From Eledone cirrhosa (taxonomy: Eukaryota), in NCBI GenBank assembly GCA_964016885.1, contig OZ024756.1, positions 28,396,001 through 28,460,000 of the forward strand: a stretch of 64,000 nucleotides of DNA. Direction: 5' to 3'. Position 1 is the stretch's first letter; each line of letters begins with the position of its first letter. Positions 59,177 through 64,000 of this stretch are shown in pieces. The notes below the pieces were generated by a model that saw only the letters and a program-made list of their open reading frames with translations, did no database searches and was not told the origin of the DNA. The position numbers were made by a program, and so were the translations under genes.

Positions 59177-62100
59177 TATTATCTAATGTATGTTTTCACT
59201 TTTTTTTTCAAAGACGATACAAAAAATAGAAAGACGAAAGTAACTTTCGTTTTTTTTTGTTTACTTGTGTTGTTATTGTAGTTGTTGTTATTTGAACAGA
59301 ATCAGAGGCCAGCTCTTATCCAACGGACTAAACATACATGATTCTTAGAATTACTATATTTTCCTTTTTCTTAATTAAAAAAAAATGTAATGTATACACG
59401 CAGGTACACAAATTATATACATTATATATATATACATAAATATCTATGTATACATAAATATCTACGTATTCATAAATATCTAAACGATAATATATATATA
59501 CACATAATATATATGTATATATGTGTACATAAATATCAATATACATAATATGTGTGTGTGTTCTTGTTGATGCTGTTTAACCCCTAGTCAGTTGTGATCA
59601 TGTAGACAAATCAATGATTAAAAGCGCTCCAGCCATGACATGCCATCTCTGAAGGTTTGTTTATAGGAACTACCTGGTATACCCATGTCCTTTCATAACT
59701 TAAGATGGATAAAATGTGTGATTTGAAGTTGTTGTGTTGTTATTGTTGTTGTTGTTTAGCTCTAAGCTAAACCGCAGTAACCACAATATCAATTTAGAGG
59801 CGAATGTAGGAACTACATTATCCAACCAAACCATCCAGGAAATCCTTACGTAGCTTTTTGACCTGCTAGAAATAGCAACCCCGAAATTCCCAAATTCTCA
59901 AACCACTCCTTACTGTCCTAAATTAAGAAAAGTATTACAAACTGAACAATGTAGTCCAACCATAATACCCCTCCCCCAACTATAAAAAGACGATATGGCC
60001 ACAGTTGGAAAGCTTTTGATCATACACAAACACGTACATACATACATGGGTGTGATCGACCATAGCTAAACATTCTGGTTTCCTTATTTCAGAAGGGTAG
60101 GTTGTGCGATTTTAGGACAACTTAGCTGCTCTATTTAACAGATCGAAACACGGCGTTGAGTAATGTTTCATTCGTCGGTTCCTTGCTTTGTTTTTTAAAT
60201 CTATTTGTTATATATATAATGTCTACTTTATGTAAACCCTTGTGGTTAATAAAGAAATCATATATATTATATATTATTGTTGTTGTTATTATTATTATTA
60301 TTATCCGCCATGATAAAGAAAAGTACGGCAAAATAATGAAACAAAAAAAAAAAAAATGAAAGCTTGCATGCTTTTTTTTCCCGATTTTACTTTCATGGCG
60401 AAATATTTACACAAGAATGATTATGTAAATCAAAGGAAAGTACTGATTAAGTTGCGTAAAAGATACGTGTGTGTGTGTGTGTTTGTATATATATATATAT
60501 TATATATATATATATATATATAATATTACATTATATTATATTTAAAGATCTTACCTTTGTATGTGTTTAATAAATAATTATATATATCACATACAAACAT
60601 ACATATACATATGTATGTTTGTGAGCTCACATCCAAGAGAAATATATAGTTTGAAGGGACAATTATAAGTGGCACTGAAGCTGTGAATGACTATGCAATT
60701 ACGTGTTTGAGAGAGTGTGTGTGCATATTATATGCAATGTGCGAGGAAATAGTAAATCTACTAATACGGTAGCGGGTGCGTGTGTATATCATAAGTACGG
60801 AATAGCATAAATGCAATAAACGTGCGTCAACAACCAATCGCACAACAGATATATTTTTACGTAAATGTGTGTGTGTGTATACACACACACACATACATAC
60901 ATATATATATATAATTTCTATACGTTTCATATATATATATTTCGGCTCTCTAATATACTTGTAATTGGATAACATTTAATATTATCCACATTATATGTAT
61001 GTATGTATGTATATATATGTATGAATGTATATATTTGTAAACCATTTTGTGAAACTAAAAACAATATCATCTGTACTGCCTCTCTGTTCATTTATTAAAC
61101 TATATATATATATTACGGGGTGGTTAGTATGTACATGTCATCATCATCATCATTAGCGTGTTTATGCGTATTTCCATGCCAGCATGGGGTGGACTAGACT
61201 TTTTGAAGCAGTATTCTACGGCCAAATGGCACTCCTGACCCCAAATACCAAATTATTATTTTTGTGTGTGTCTGGGAGAGGAGAATGGTAAATTAAGGTA
61301 CGAATCCGCGTACATCTAACCAGTGAGCAGTAGGACTTTCTATTTATGCGGGACATAAACAAAATCACCGCTCGCGCTGAAATGCCATAAGCGAAGAGAA
61401 AACAGACAAATAAATACACATACGCACGTGTCTCTGTATGCATATCATCATCATCATCACCCCCTTTTAACGTCCATTTTTCCACGTTAGTGATTATATA
61501 TATATATATACTTGTTTTTGTATTTGTTTTGCAAGATTTCTGAAAACGTGTGTTGAAACATATTGTTATACTTTGGGAGGGTCATGCTGACAATAAAAAC
61601 ACACGCACTTGTTAGTTTTCACTTCAATTTATAAACTCCCAGTCAGTTGGTTTGATAACCGGATGACTGTTGATTGTCAAAGCTCTTTCGACACACATTC
61701 TGTGACCTCCTCAGTGACTAGCTTTGTTGTTATTTTGTGTCTCTCCTTTGTTGTGTCCTACACCATCTTCTTTTTGTGAGCTCACAAAAATAAGATGGTG
61801 TAGGACATACACGACAAAAAGCACCTAGAACACACTGTAAATGTAGTTGACATTATGAAACTAAGCCAGAAACAGTTTTGTGTGCGCAAGATACATTCAA
61901 CTGACCCAAATTGCTTCAAACGAGACAACCTGTCTAACTCATGCTAGCATGGAAAATAGACGTTGCCGCCGTGATCTCTCAATTCAGAGAAGTAATGGCT
62001 CTACCTGGAGTGACTCTCTGATCTCTGAGCTGCACATTCCATGGAGCAATGTTACTCCAAAAACCCTTCAGAGGAACCTCATTTTGGCCACTTGTATTTG

Positions 62101-62441
62101 CGATGGTATTCTTTTGGTCATTCCCCAAGATTCATGACCATAGGTAAGATACTATACTATTACTTTTAGACTGTTGTCATAATTGGAATGTGGCATAAAG
62201 GGAAGACTATACAGTGGGATTTTGGCAAAATTTCATTGAATTTCTGTTGTCAGGCAATATATTATTTGTTTGTTTGATAGTAACACATATGTCAAAGTGA
62301 TATTGGAATATATATATAAAATTACTATTTACACACACACATGTAAATATATATATATATATATATATACACACACCTATATGTGTGTAAATAGATAGAT
62401 ATATATGTATACATATGTATATATATACACACCTATGTGTG

Positions 62442-62476
<35 letters not shown>

Positions 62477-63085
62477 AACTGAATTCATTCGCCTGATGTA
62501 GGGGCTCCCTTGCCGATCCCCATGTGGGGTCAGCAATAGTCAGTCCTTGTATTAACATTGAACTAAAACCTGTTGAGAAAGTGGCTTCCTTGTTCAATCA
62601 TCTTACTAGAAGCCTAACATTATTTATGTAAGCGGACAGTAATTGATTTAGGAGCCGCAGAAACCCATATACTGGATTTTACCAACCTTCCAGGGGTCCG
62701 GATAAATTTTCATTCACAGATATTTTTTATTTGTTTGACCCGAATTACTTGATCGTTTTTTTTTGGCTATACGAATGATTGTTTAACCATCGTCTCAGTG
62801 TGTTTGGCCGTTAACGTTTGTTACAGCTCTGGTTCATCTGAATCATTGAGCACTTGCCACACATCTCGGAGGTTGTTTTTCATTATTTCGTGGGCCGAAA
62901 TGCGATTCTCGATAATTTATATTTGTATATATATATATATATGTATACATATATATATGTTTACATATATATACATACATGTATATATACACATGTATAT
63001 ATATGTACACACACATATATATATATATAAACATACACATGTATGTATATATATATATATATATATAAATATACATACACACACG

Positions 63086-63127
<42 letters not shown>

Positions 63128-63299
63128 CAAACAAACACATATAAGTGTATACATATGTAAATATATACATGTATATATAATAAAGACATTTAACGTTTGT
63201 TTTCCCTGCTAGCAAGGGTTGGATATGTTGTCACAGACTGTCACTACTACTCACCTCTCAGATGTCATCTGCATCTTGCTTGCTTATGTTCTATTACTA

Positions 63300-63808
63300 A
63301 ATATAGTGTAGCCTTCTATCACCATAGTGTGGTCTTCTAACACTATATAGTGTGGCCTTCTATCACTATATAGTGTGGTCTTCTAACACTATATATAGTG
63401 TGGACTTCTAACACGATATAGTGTGGCCTTCTATCACTATAGTGTGGTCTTCTATCACTATAGTGTGGTCTTGTACCACTATATAGTGTGGTCTTCTATC
63501 ACTATATATAGTGTATTCTTCTATCACTATATATAGTGTGGTCTTCTATCACTATATATAGTGTGGTCTTCTATCACTATATATAGTGTGGTCTTCTATC
63601 ACTATATATAGTGTGGTCTTCTATCACTATATATAGTGTGGCCTTCTATCACTATATAAAGTGTGGCCCACTATCACTGTAGTGTGGTCTTCTACGACTA
63701 TATATAGTGTATTCTTCTATCACTATATATAGTGTGGCCCTTTACCACTATAGTGTGGTCTTTTACCACTATAGTGTGATCTTCTATTACTATATATAGT
63801 ATGGCCTT
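63300..63808. repeat. 21-27-bp minisatellite with an internal variable palindrome CACTA(TA)nGTG
   Basis: TAGTGTGGTCTTCTATCACTA(TA)n, roughly 20 copies. Confidence 0.95.
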
Positions 63809-64000
63809 CGATTCATGTTGCAACAAAACCATTTTATTGTCGCAGTCATCAGCCTGGATCAGTATTTGTATTTCTGCTGCGGTCCCTTAGACAGCTATTC
63901 AGTCCCAACTTTAACTGGAATTTTTTTTTATTTGGTAGATGCACTATGGAGTTTGGACAAATACACCATCAACAGGGGCTGCATACTTGTGCATTTGACT

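Overview
AT-rich eukaryotic (metazoan) DNA dominated by (TA)n/(TACA)n/(GA)n microsatellites, tRNA-derived SINEs, RTE-clade LINE 3' fragments, Penelope-like elements and small DNA-transposon derivatives. This repeat landscape resembles a cephalopod (octopus-like) genome, which is an inference. Most ORFs in the supplied track are microsatellite artefacts. One host protein-coding gene can be spliced by hand on the minus strand: 8 coding exons from ATG 17806 to 407, all GT-AG and phase-consistent, about 839 codons, continuing past the left window edge. It encodes PDZ - Ser-rich linker - PDZ - degenerate Roc-like (pseudo-GTPase) - COR-like - start of a Death domain, i.e. an apparently kinase-less Roco-type scaffold. 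Two further patterns stand out. Many (TA)n-embedded fold-back elements carry minimal hammerhead-ribozyme motifs (Penelope pLTR derivatives). A run of unique non-coding islands at about 39.8-45.4 kb has plus-strand G-U-supported stems and splice-like sites, a candidate structured lncRNA or pri-miRNA. All domain and family calls come from motif recognition, not database searches. Repeat boundaries are approximate.
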